From assembly GCA_964036045.1 (NCBI GenBank), contig OZ038378.1:3162001-3226000 (forward strand): a stretch of 64,000 bases of DNA, in the 5' to 3' direction. The position numbers and the translations under genes are program-made. The notes beneath the pieces are model-generated. The model was not told where the DNA came from and ran no database searches. It saw only the letters and a list, made by a program, of their open reading frames with translations. Of the stretch, positions 12,311-24,190 are shown piece by piece (within the stretch, counting starts at the first letter, position 1; each line of letters begins with the position of its first letter). This DNA is from Eutreptiella sp. 'Long Island Sound 2002' (lineage: Eukaryota > Protista > Euglenida).

Positions 12311-12585
12311 TCGAGATCTCAGTCGATGCAGTGTCAGGGGTATCAACAGTGTGGCAGCACTTTCATCGAGATCTCAGTCGATGCAGTGTCAGGGGTATCA
12401 ACAGTGTGGCAGCACTTTCATCGAGATCTCAGTCGATGCAGTGTCAGGGGTATCAACAGTGTGGCAGCACTTTCATCGAGATCTCAGTCGATGCAGTGTC
12501 AGGGGTATCAACAGTGTGGCAGCACTTTCATCGAGATCTCAGTCGATGCAGTGTCAGGGGTATCAACAGTGTGGCAGCACTTTCA
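12311..12585. repeat. Perfect 55-bp minisatellite, 5 copies
   Basis: Unit tcgagatctcagtcgatgcagtgtcaggggtatcaacagtgtggcagcactttca starts at 12311, 12366, 12421, 12476 and 12531 with no spacers. Confidence 0.95.
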
Positions 12586-13899
12586 TTGGCCATGGGTTTG
12601 CTCACTCTTTCAGGAAACAGACCGGACCCGGAAGAGTCCCATTTTGGTCTGCGTATCTCCTGCATGCAGCATTGACGCACCTGCCTCCCCCTTGTCATCG
12701 GTAGTTTGGGAGGGGAAGTATGGGGTGGAGTAAGGGGTATTGGGGGGGGCTCATGCTGACTCCCCCGCCCTGGGGCCGTGCTGTGCAGGACAAGGACGTG
12801 GCCCCAGACGGGACGTCAGAGGGCAAGGGACAAGAGCGTGGCGGGTTGCGGGCACGTTACACTCCGGCTGACTGACAAGATACTGTGAAGACGCAGGCCA
12901 CTTGAACCGGATTTCAAACCGTCGCACCCAACCCCAAACCACGGAGCCATGCAGCAAGACTGATCATTCCTCTATTGGGTGCTCCCAGACCCGCCAGTGG
13001 GCCTCCTTTGCGCTATGAAACAGATTTTCATTCGGGTTGTTTTTCCCTTTTGCAGCCGTTCCTCCACCGCCTTGTGCCCCGCACCCTCATGCTCTACTCT
13101 GACAGCTGACCTTACAATGTACCCACTCCTTTTTACGGATCTTTTCCCAGCTTTCCCTTGCCCACACCAGTTCTGTATCCTCTCACCCCAGTGCAGTGAT
13201 CCGTCACGAGTCGTCACGAGCTAACTCCCTTGCAGTGCTCCTTTCTAACAACTTGTGCACACTCTCAGGGCAGTGGGTGACAGACGTTCAGAGCTGTTTG
13301 CTCATTCCAGAAGCAACGCCGTCCCCTTTCTGTCCGGGTGTTTGCAGACAACGCCTGGTCCTGGCCGGGTAGGGGTGGTCTTAGTGGGCGTGCGGTGAGG
13401 CATTGTCTTGCCCAGGGTCCATGGCATATCCAAGCCTTAGTGACCTCCCAACACACCTTGCATCCGCTAGTGTGCACGGACCGCACACATGCTCACGTAC
13501 GCTTCTATACCCTTTCTCCAAAACGTGACCGTGGTCGCAACCAATGACCTGCCGCCCATAGACTTTGAAGGCCACGTGAAATTGAACGACGGTGTTGGGG
13601 GCACCATTTTTTTTCTGATTGGGGTGCAGTTGAGATATGGGGATCGAAAGTCCAACGGCTGGTGCCCTCAAGTTTTATTCCACTTTCTCCACTTGTGAAC
13701 ATCAAATGGATTCTTTGACACAAGGTTTGGCCCTTCAATGTTGGTTGCGTGCTTGTTTTCTGCAGTACAGTGCATGTGGTGGTGTTGGCGTGCCGATGTA
13801 AGATGGTTGCATGAAGTGGTGCACTGATGCAAGGATCTGGACCCATCAACGTGGTCACTCGTCACTCTTTTGAAGGGAGGGGTTGGGTTGGGTTGGGTG

Positions 13900-14200
13900 A
13901 AGGCCTCACTTGGTCGCCTACCCACAGTCCGCGCTGCCGGACCCGACTGGGCGGCTGTACCCGGGTGTCCGGTCACAAGGCCTACCGGACTGTTGACTGT
14001 TGACTGCCCCCAGACCCCGCGGTGGCGCTCGCGGGCGGGAGATGCCGCCGTGCCTGTGTGTATGTGCCCTGGTGTGTCTGGGGGGGGGGGAGGGCTGTGG
14101 CACACCTGCTTGCTCCATTGTTGTTCGGCGTTGGCGCACATGGTGCGGGGAAGTGTGTGCCTGGTGCTCCAGGCCCCGGCAGGGAGGCTAGAGAGCCTGA
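13900..14200 (+). mobile_element. Possible decayed LINE C-terminal zinc-finger fragment
   Basis: 14090-14121 reads E-AVAHLL-LHC with single-base slips, resembling E...HLL..C. Weak. Confidence 0.3.
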
Positions 14201-17200
14201 CGCTGAGCCCGCCGGGGGAGATGTGGGCCTGAGCTCGCAACCTCCACGTCACAAGGACAGGCTACCCAACCACTCCACGACTGCTTGTTGGCACGGAAAG
14301 GCGGTGGTACGTGGCACGACTGGGGCCAGACCCGCACTCCTTGACTGCCTTCGGCACAGGTGGTGCTGCCACGCGGGCTGGGTCCGGCTCCCCACGGCTG
14401 AGGGCGTACCCCGGGCAGGTGGAGGGGCACCAGGGCGCAGAGAGTGCTTCCCAGCCCTGGGTGCCACCGGTGCTGGCTGCACTGGCTGCGGCGCTTCAGC
14501 CCACGTAGACGAGGGGGCCCAGAGGGCACCACACCCGAATGGCCTCTCCGTTGAGGAAGGGGAGGGGGGGGCAGGGGTCGGCAGGTGGCTGTCTGGCCTC
14601 CACGGGTGCACAGGAGTGCACGGGGCTGTGCTGGCCTAGGCATCTGTGATGAAGTTGGAGGGGCGCGCGCACACCTGGAGGTTCCTTGGGCAGGCCGCTC
14701 AAGGGATACCCACAGCGGTCAAGCTGTGAGCCCTTCACAACCTCCACTTTTCAGGCCCTGAGGGCGCCGACTCCGTGCACCCCTCCCGTCGGGGGCGCAG
14801 GCTGGGGGGGGGGGGGAGTGGTGGTAGGGTCTACCTGTCCGTTCAGTGGCTCGTGGTGCTCACTTGTTTGGGAGAGGAGGACCAGCTGGTGGGTTACCAT
14901 GTGGGTCCCAGATCCCAACATACTTGTCGTTCGGCGTCCGCCCCCTTTCCGCGAGGGGAGGGACCTCGATCAGCATGTGTCGGCCTGCAGTGTGGGTGCG
15001 AGGGCATGCTGGGGGGGGGGAGTGGTGCCGGGCCTGCTTTCGGTCTGGCCCCATTTCTGTTGGGGGGGGGGGGGGCAGCAAAAGGTCTGCTCCCCTGTTT
15101 CCTGGTCCCCAAGGGGAATTAGCCCACGGCATGCACCCTCGCTTTGTGGTGGCTGAAATTTGGGCCGACAGAGTTGAAGGGAGAGGGGGGGGTTGTTTGA
15201 GAGGTGCCTACAAGGCCCCTGCTCTTGCGCCCCAATAAGTGGCCAAACCAAGATTGGTGCCCCCTGCCCCCATCCGCACCCGAATGAAAAGCATCGCCTC
15301 TGTTGTCCTAACTGCCACCACACCCACCTACACACACAAGCACACACACACACACGCACGCACCCACGGGCTCCCTGCAACCCACACAACCACAACCACT
15401 TGCACCATCAATTTCCCCGATTTTGAGTCATATTCTGTTTTGCAAGGTTGCGTCCAGCCCAATTTTCATGTGATAAACACAGCATGGCCGCTATGCAGGG
15501 GTGTACGGACAGAGCTACACATGCATGTCCCCATACGGAAACACATGTGCCATTTCTGATGCCACTGGTGGCCCGGCGTCTTGCCAGCTTGTCCTCGGTG
15601 TGTTCACACCCACAAAAACAGACCGGCACCCTCCTTGAATTTTTTTTTTGTTACAAAGCACGAGGTTTCGCTGCAATTCAGGGCAGAATTTTGAGTAGGA
15701 CAACAGCACCGACAAAACAAATTTTCCGCAGGCGGCAGGTCTACATGTAGGGCATCAGCACTCACGGCCCTCGTCCTACCCCCACTCCAGTCAGACATGA
15801 ACCAGCCCTTCTAGGGACCAGGTGGACCCACCCACCCACCTGCATGCCTTTTCCAGAAGCAGCAGCAAGCAGGCGCTTGGAGAAAATCATATCTCAGGCC
15901 TAGTGGTCGGTTCTGCCCAATTTGCTTGCTCGATGACACTTCGGAATACGAGCTTGAATCCCATGAGGGTGAAGTAGGACATGCAAACGGGGGTCCGTAA
16001 GGAAGTGGAGCATCTGTGCGTACATATGTACGGTTATAGGAGTACAATTGACTGGTCCAGTACTATGCAACTACCGCCAATGTTTGATGCCAGTTTAAGC
16101 AACCTAGCCAGTTGACTACTACAGTTTAATTGGCACTTTGGGTTTGGAGCACTGAATGAATTTCAGTGATGCGGTTGTCAGTCGGGAAAAGTCAAGGCGC
16201 CGAGTACCTTAGGCAGGGTTCTGGGGACCTCTTTGCCACCCTGAGGACGGAATTGTCTGCACCCAAGATTTGTATCAGCATACTGCCAGGCTATCAGCTC
16301 TGTGATTTCCACCGCTTCCCTCATCACGTTGCATGACGGGCAAAGACAGTAGTGCGCAATACAGGTGTATGTGTAGGGTGCCTGGTAAAGTTGGCAGTAC
16401 AATATTCCTTCATCTTCAGCTCGGTCCGAACGCAGTACACACGGCCTACCATGCGCGTCACCCTGTGCTCAATCCACTGCCAAGGCAATTGGGGACTTTG
16501 CCGGGGAGGGAAAGGGATGGTGTTTGGTTTTCATGGTCAGAAGTCACCTTTTTAATGCGCCATATGACCGCAGAGCTTTTTCGGTTCAGGTTTGGTCCGG
16601 TTTTTGTCATATTTTGACCTGTTCTTTGTGCTCAAACAGGTGTTTTCCAGGCATGTTGGGAGTTTGTACAGATGCAAGTGGGCCAAACGTGCCAATCCCA
16701 CGTGTAAACAGCCGGTTGAAGGCGTACAGCCTTTTTTTTGGCACAACACTCCCATTCATCGTCATTGACGGGGAGCTTCTTGGGGTCAAGGCACCGCATT
16801 CGAAGCGGTTGAAAGCAATTGATAGCTGGAAACTGGGTATTTCGGGCCGGTTTCAGCGCCCAAGAGCCGCCTCCAACACGGTCACTGAGGGTGCTAATCA
16901 GGCCAAAAGGTTGTCAAAAGCTGGCATAGAGGGCTTTTACATCGTTTGGCTTGGCTTGAACGCATGAGTCTCCACGATGGGGGCTCCGGAAGAGTCCAAA
17001 AAGGCCTTTTCTTTGGCCGCGACCTCACCTTGCCATGCACAAGCCCAGGCGGTGGTTTGATCCCCCTAGTCTTGTGCACACGGTTGTTGTGGTCAACATC
17101 TTTCCTTGTTCAGCGTCTGTGTGTGTGTGTGTGTGTGTTCGGGGAGGTATTACACAAAGGCCGGCTGGGAACAACGGGTGCCCAGTGCCATGTCTTGTTT

Positions 17201-17346
17201 TCGTGGGGCAGGGGGGTTCATAGGAGACCAGCATGCAGACTGCAAGGCCGGAGTTTCGTACACATTGCAGCACCCTTTGCCCTGCAATGCCCCCTCCTAC
17301 CCCGGGGCAGGGGGCGCAGGGCCCCGCGGGCCTGGGCGGCTGCCAA

Positions 17347-17790
17347 GGGCAACCTGAATATTGCCCTGCGGGGGGGGGGGGGGGGGGGGGCATGGACGCC
17401 CGCCGAAGGAGGGGGGGGGGTTGGAGAAATGGGGTTCCGTGTCGGGCCCTTTGTTTTGTGTAAGAACGGATGTTGGCGCCAAAGGCACAGGAACACAAAA
17501 TTTGGCCCGAAAAAGTTTTTTCCACCAATAATTCCCCCCCCCCCCCCCCCCCCACATTTGAGTAGTCAAAATGATCAGCGCGACGTGGGTATCACGGTCA
17601 CGCCATACGTGACCGTGACCATAGATTTTGGGTTGCCCCCCCCCCCCCCCCCGGCACGGCAGGTCGGGCGCCCCCGCCCTGAACCCCCCCTCCCATCACG
17701 GTGGCCAAGGAGGGAGGGGGGGGGGTTGGGAAAATGGGCTTCCGTGTCACACCCCCCCCCCCCCCCCGCAGAGCAATTTTCTTCCCGCCC
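17347..17790. mobile_element. MITE with poly-G/poly-C TIRs, copy 2, ending 79 bp upstream of the glycosyltransferase ATG
   Basis: Aligns end to end with 9658-10075 and has the same TIRs. Confidence 0.8.
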
Positions 17791-17869
17791 TCTTACAAGG
17801 TCTGCCCGTGTCGGCCTCAGGGTCTCGCCAGGATGTGATGCAGTGAATGCCTCCCCGGAATGCCGCGCC

Positions 17870-18645
17870 ATGAAGCCCCGCAACGTCGTGCTGATCGCCC
17901 TCGTCGGCGTGCTCAGTTTCCTGGGCCTGACCCAGTCCCCGAGCCTCGCCAACTCCCTTGGCCCGGCCCTGCGCCCCGTCACCGGCCACGACAGCGTCCC
18001 CCCCCCACCCCGCGCCCCTAAGCGGCCGCGGGCGGGCGTGCCGCCGTCCCCGGCCCCGGGCACGGCCACAGACCCGGCGGTCCGCATTGCGGAGCTGGAG
18101 CACGCGCTGGAGGCCGCAGTGCGGGAGCGGGACCAGCTTCGGCGGATCGTCGAACATGCGGCGGCCTCCCCGCCCCCGAACCGCGAGCCGGTCGCGCCTC
18201 CCGGTGCACCGCAGGTGCTGTGGCCCTCTCACAGCGCCGAACCTGCCGGGCCGCCCCCAACGGACCCCCAGCCCCCGGTCCCGCCTTCGGTCCGCGTAGA
18301 CGCGCGCGCGCCAGCGCTGGTGGCGGCACCGGGCATTGCGACGGAGGCCCCGGAGGAGGGGCAGCTGCAGCCCACGATCCAGAGCCGACTGGACCGCCGC
18401 GTGCCGTTCATTTGGCGGGAGTCGCGCGCGCCGCGGTTCCCCGCCGACAACGAGACGCACTGGTACATGACGTCGGACATGTCCCCGGCGCCGGAGGACG
18501 TCGTGGTCTACCACTGGGTCACGACGACGGACGTCCAGTACCACTTCACGTTCGCCCTCGACCGGCAGGCGCTGCGCCGGGCGCTGGCTCCGCTCATGCG
18601 GCGCAGCGCGCAGCGGCTGGTGATCGTGACCTTTGCAAACCTCAA
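17870..18645 (+). CDS. Exon 1 of a GT77-like nucleotide-diphospho-sugar transferase (type II membrane anchor plus Pro-rich stem)
   Basis: MKPRNVVLIALVGVLSFLGL anchor, strong C/G third-position codon bias, ends ...LVIVTFANL-AA followed by GT donor at 18646. Confidence 0.8.
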
Positions 18646-21440
18646 GTGTGCCCGTTGGTGCAGGCGGGGGAAGTTTGGGAGGTCCGGGTTTCAACTGCGG
18701 GGGGGGGGGGGGGTCGATAGAGCCCCCCAAACTGGGGGGGGGGGGGGGGCGGTCGGGAAAAGGGCTCAATTGAGAGGACCATTAATCAATTATCATGAAA
18801 TCTGGCGCCGAAGGCGCGGAAAAGGTTTTTGAGCATTGAAAATGGTTTTCTTTTCCACCAAATACATGGCAAACGATGACTTATCTGAGCCCCCTCGACC
18901 TGATTGCAAAAATCACATTTTCATTTTTTGCCGAATTTGGGGTCCGGGTCACCTCCGGGGCCCAGGGGTCAGTTGCGGTAGGATTTTTGGGGGGCCTGTC
19001 AATTGAGCCCTTTTTTGGGGTGGAGGGGGGTCTAGTCAGAGGGCTGTACCGACCCCCCCCCCCCGGAGTTGAAAGCCCGCCCACCCTTTGCCGAGACCCG
19101 CGAATGAGGGGCAACGACATGAACGCACACCAGGCGGCACCATGCGGTTGAGGGAGGGGGGGATTCCTCGCTTCCCAGACGCAACTGCCCCCACCCAGCT
19201 TCAGCCCCTGCCATTCGCCTACACTTAGCCAGCCTTGAGCCCAACACGACCGCTGTAGCCAAAGGCGCTGGAACCGAAGAAACCATCCCCCCCCCCGTAT
19301 AAGCTACGGTCTTGTTTAAGCTCCAGCCCGCGTAGGGACCGCATTGATTTGGCAACATTTGGGTGGGCAAAATTCGAATGTAGTGCAGCTGTCATTGACA
19401 CACATTTTGTGAGTGTTTGCCCACTTGAACCCACGTACCTCTGATTTCGGGGATGTCTATGCGTTATATATCCCTTTCGTGCACCAGCGCGTGTGTGTCA
19501 GTGGTGTCATACCCCCTCCCCGAACTGATCCCCCATCCCTCCGAGCTAGGGCCGTGCCGTACATGGAACTGGGTCGATTTTGCGCGGCTGGAGGGCTTGA
19601 ATGTGCCCCCCAAGGGAGTCGAGATTGCTTGGAGAATGAGGCAGAGGAGTGATAGGGCTGCCGTTTGAAGTTTGCTGACAAATGGATCATGGATGGTAAG
19701 GGGGAGGCAGGTGCGTCAATGCTGCATGCAGGACGTACGCGTAGGCTACAGGCCACAGTAGGACAGCAGGACATATGCACTGAGGTGTGACCAGTGTGAA
19801 ACCGGAGGGTGACGACCATCGTCGGTTTATGTCTCAGCTACAGTAGGCGTAGGGACCGCATTGATTTGGGGCCTTTCCGTAGCTTAGACAAGGGGGGGGG
19901 GGGGTGTTTTTCTGCCTTGGGCAACTCAACCTCACAGAGCATTGGTTGTACCAAGACACCACAAAGTTGGGTGATAGTTTGAGTTGTTGAGGCTGAGAGC
20001 TGCCGAAGCAGACGGCCCTATTTGCGGTGCAAACCTATTTCCCGTGTTTCAAACGGGCCGTGGCCCGTCCGAGGCAGGGCCGCGGGCAGCAAGGCACGTC
20101 CTGTCACCCCCCGCAGGGACTTGCTTTAATTTTCATTCCGACGGGGGGGGGGACCCCTCCCCCCTGGACCCCCTCCCCCCCTCCCCTGGACCCCCTCCCC
20201 CCCTCCCCCCTCAGCTCAAGTGCAGCTGAAAACCTGGGTTTTGGGAACTTTTTTTGGTGACGGGGAAAAAATTTCTCGGCGCCTTCGGCGCACGCCACAC
20301 ACTGTTTACTTATCGTTTTATGTGTACCCTGTTTACTTATCGTTTTATGTGTACTCTGCGTTCCTTGTCTTGCAGATTACCATGACCCAACGCTTGTTGT
20401 CAGTGTATTTCCGCTCCCCAGTCCAACTGTCGCCACGCGCAAAACGCAAAGACGTAATCAACGCGCTGCTTTATTTTAGGTTTAAAGATAGGATCACAGG
20501 CCGGAAGAGACAAGAAGCATACAATGAGGCACAAAAGGCATGTGCCACACTGTTTGTGAGTGTGCCAATGGCAACACTTGTTTGATGTCTCCCATTCAGG
20601 CAGTGACTCAGATTCCTCATCATCATCATGTTCCAGCTCCACTTCCACTACAGATGGAGGCTCCAGTTCAGGGGAGTCTAATTCTGATTGACCATGATCA
20701 CTGTGAGTTGGCATGAAATGGTGAATGTCCCGCTTTGTTGTATTTGTTGTGTCTTGATTAGATGAGGGAACCCTGAATTGACCTGTAATGATGAATTAGC
20801 TTTGTTTGCTACCAACAAGATGACATTTCCATGTGCTGAGTGGTTCGTTGCCCAATCAAATTTTTTGTTCCTTGTGGACTAGGTACGTTCCGACAGGGGG
20901 GGGGGGGGCCTCCCCCCTAGACCCCCTCCCCCCCTCCCCTGGACCCCCTCCGATCGGGGGAGCAGACCTCTACCCCATGCCCCATGTGCTGTGCCCTGCT
21001 CGCGGGGCCTGTGCCCTCCGCCCTGGTGCCGAGGAAGTAGCGTGCGCAAGCCTGGCCAGGCCATTGTTTAGCAATGGGGGGGAGCGGGTACAAATGCGTC
21101 CTCGCTCATCTCATCAGATTCCGCATCGGAAAACTACTCCGGCGGAGAAAATCCGCCCTAGACCTGATTGGGGCTTGCCCAGGGCATGTGGGATGGTTCT
21201 TGTGCACACAAGGGCCGAAAGCGGGCTTGGCCTTCAGGGCCCTGTGGCACCCCGCTGGAGGGGGTGGGATGGGGGACGGTGTGGCAGCATGCCCAGGGCG
21301 GGGGGTGTAGGGACTTGCTTGAGCGGGGGGGGGAGGGGGGCGGGGGGGGGGTTGGGTTGGGTTTGAGTTGGACTCTCCCGACTTGAAAAACGCCACGGAC
21401 CCGTCAACTGAAAAATTTGGGTCCCCCGGGAGCGGCGCAA

Positions 21441-22472
21441 TCATCGGAGTAGTCTGAGCACACTCCGCCACCAGAAAGAGGACGACCGCACGACACATCT
21501 GCCTGCTGCACTATACCGCCTGCATCGCTCCTTGGTCAGCCGCTGCTGGCCCGGGGCAGCCCCACCGCGCCCTGAGTTCGGCGCCCACACGGCTGGGCCG
21601 CCGCTCTCGACGCTCGCGGGATCACTCCGACGCTGCCGGGCCCGAACCCCTGGGAGGGGCATCGGGGTCTCCCCTGGCGCGGACCACTGTGGAGCTGCCG
21701 GGCTGCCGAGCTGCCGGGTGATTGAAGTAACCCCTGTCCCCTGCAACTTGCCCTCTGTCAGCTGGACTGCTCTGAGGAACGCCGCGTCCTGCCGGTCTGC
21801 CCACCATGCTGTCAGGCGATCCTGGGCGGCCAGCTGGGTGCCCTCAAACAGCTTGGCGGCCGCTTCCGCGGCCAATCGAAACCCACTGGAGGATGACGGG
21901 ATAATGCCGCTGATGCACTCCCAGTACCATGTGAACGCGCCATCGGGCGACAGGCGGGCCCACCAGGCCCACCAGAATGCCAGGCTGGCCATGACGGCCG
22001 CTGAGGCCAAGTGCGATGGCTCTGCTCTCCGAAAGCTGAACAGACGGCCCGCCGGATTGGCCTGCGATAGGTACTCGGAGCGCACGCTGAGGTCGCAGGC
22101 CACTGCCAGATGGGTACTCAAGCCAGGCAGCAGGAACTTTTCGCAGGCATGAACCGGTGACTGAGCACTTACGAGGACCCAGTCCAGCTCCCTCCGGGAC
22201 ACTCCTGCTCTGTTGGCGACGATGTTGGTGGCCTCTCCGGGGTAGAGGTGGGTAAAGCCTACCCAGTATCTGCTGTCAGTGCACGCCTTGCGCAGCCAGG
22301 CTCCTGAATCGTCCGCCAGGTCAGAGTTCATGTCGCCCGCGACGAACTTCACCCCGCCGGGATGCCTGGCCTGGAACGCGGCGCTTCGGAGAATACTGAG
22401 CCGCCTGTTCGCGGCCTTCATCCCTGGCGGGAAGTGCACATTCGTGACCACGACGGGGACCTTCTCTGAGAC
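21441..22472 (-). mobile_element. Truncated LINE fragment encoding the C-terminal half of an APE endonuclease, antisense in intron 1
   Basis: VVVTNVHFP...FVAGDMNSD...RRELDWVLVS...STHLAV corresponds to APE motifs N.Y.P, GDFN, RIDY.L.S and SDH..V. The frame is open for ~340 codons. Confidence 0.8.
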
Positions 22473-22538
22473 GGGGGCGGGGGGGGGGGGTGTGCATGTC
22501 ACGTGCCTGCGCCGTGCCTGCGCCGTGCATCGGTTCAG

Positions 22539-22989
22539 GTATGCCGACGTGTTCATGAACTGGCTGGCGGCCCTCCATCGACTGCGCCTCCAAAACTACT
22601 GCATCTTCGCCATCGACCCCGACACGAAGGCCTGGCTGGAGGCCCGGCAGGTCCCCACGTTCGGCGTGTACATCAAGCGGTTCGCCGCGCTGTGGTACGT
22701 GCGGCTGATCGTGCTGCGGGCCCTCGCGGAGGTTGGCGTCACCTTCATCCACAGCGACACCGACGCCATTTGGCTGCGGGACCCCCTGGGCGCCTTCTTC
22801 GCGCCGACGCAGCCGGCGCTGCTCAAGTTCTCGCAGGGGACCGTGGCGCCCTCCCAGTTGCAGGCCCGGTGGGGCTTCGTGGTGTGCGGCGGCCTGTTCT
22901 ACGCACGCGCCTCGCGCTTCACGAGGGCGTACTTCCAGACCGTGCTCGAGCACCTCCTGCAGAACCCCCTCGTGCCGCGGCACGCGACC
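22539..22989 (+). CDS. Exon 2 of the GT77-like glycosyltransferase (DxD motif)
   Basis: AG at 22537-22538; the splice restores frame (NLK-YADVFMNWL). Contains FIHSDTDAIWLRDP and VCGGLFYAR. Donor GTATGC at 22990, phase 0. Confidence 0.85.
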
Positions 22990-24099
22990 GTATGCCTCCC
23001 CTGCCCCTCAGCCTCGGCAGCACTACTACTCGCCCCGCTGCCACGCCCCAGCCCCACTCCAGGCCTCACTCCGGGAGGACTGTAGTACTGTATGGGCGGT
23101 GTGCACGAGGATGTGCAGGGGAGTGGAGGGCGAGGCTTGTAAAGATTGAAAGAGGGCTGTGGAGGGTTGCAGAGGATTCTGGCGGGCTTCACGGCGCTGT
23201 GGCAGCAGTGTGCGGAAAAGGGGCCAAAGGTCGAAAGCTCTCTTTTGTGTGACTGACAGGACCGGACAGTTCTTCTTCGACGATGCTGTTGGTTATAGGT
23301 ACAACCAGAAGTATCGATGGACACCTGGCCAACCCTATGGTATTGACACCTTTCAGTCTTCCCCCTAGTAAACAGGTGACAGGTATTCTTGGGTGAGTAT
23401 CCTAGCCTCTGCGCGCGCAATATGCACGCAGTGCACACGCAGTGCGCACGCAGTGCGAGATCTTGGCCTTGCACACCATTTGCGGACAGGTTTGAGGTTC
23501 TGAATGCTTTGGGTTTCATGGTCTGTGGTCTCATTGATCCCCGGTTTACTTGGGGATGACTCCTGGGGTGTGAGGTGTTGTGGAGGGTGACGGTTCACGA
23601 GCGGGAATGCGGGTCGTGTGTGGGCCATCGAATGGGGGAGGGTTTGTTTGAGGGGTGTGGAAGGTTGTTGAGGCCGCGCTGCTGACAGGCCCCAAACGGG
23701 TCTTTCGGGGCCAATCAGTGGTGCTGCATGGCTCCCCATGGCTTTATACGCACTCCCATTGCCACCAAATGATCACCCAACAACGGCCCGACGGTCCCCG
23801 GGGGGTCGTCAGAGGTCACCCCGAAATCGCGACTTTTCGGCCACAATGAAAATGCCTGCGGGGGTTGTCCAGGACCGCCCACGCGTCGGTGAGTAGTGCT
23901 GCTGTTGAGACTGAATGATGGCTCAGACGTGGTCCGGCACGGCGAAGAAAGCGGCAGGTGGCTGCACAGGGCGCCGCACTAAACAGGACGAGATGCCACA
24001 CAGAGCCACTGGGTGAGAAGCGTTGCTGGAACGGTGTCGGGTGCCCCACGGTCGGTTACGGTGTTGTGCACCCGGCGTGCGGTGCCACGTCCTTTGTTT

Positions 24100-24190
24100 C
24101 GCGTGCTTTTGTTGGTCAAGATCAAGTGTGGGAGTGAGTGGGGCAAGAGAGGGGCAAGACGGGGTGTTGGAAGACAAGGCTGCCCATCCC
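24100..24190. repeat. Dispersed repeat also present at ~26380-26445
   Basis: Shared sequence ttgttggt..agatcaagtgtgggagtgag.gggcaagagaggggc.agacggggtg. Confidence 0.7.

Noticed and set aside
12311-12585. CRISPR-like array
   Set aside because: Units are contiguous and identical with no unique spacers, there are no cas genes, and the context is eukaryotic.
16946-17869. N-terminal 308 codons of the 628-aa ORF
   Set aside because: Runs through a GT microsatellite and a MITE; coding-like codon bias and the membrane anchor start only at ATG 17870.
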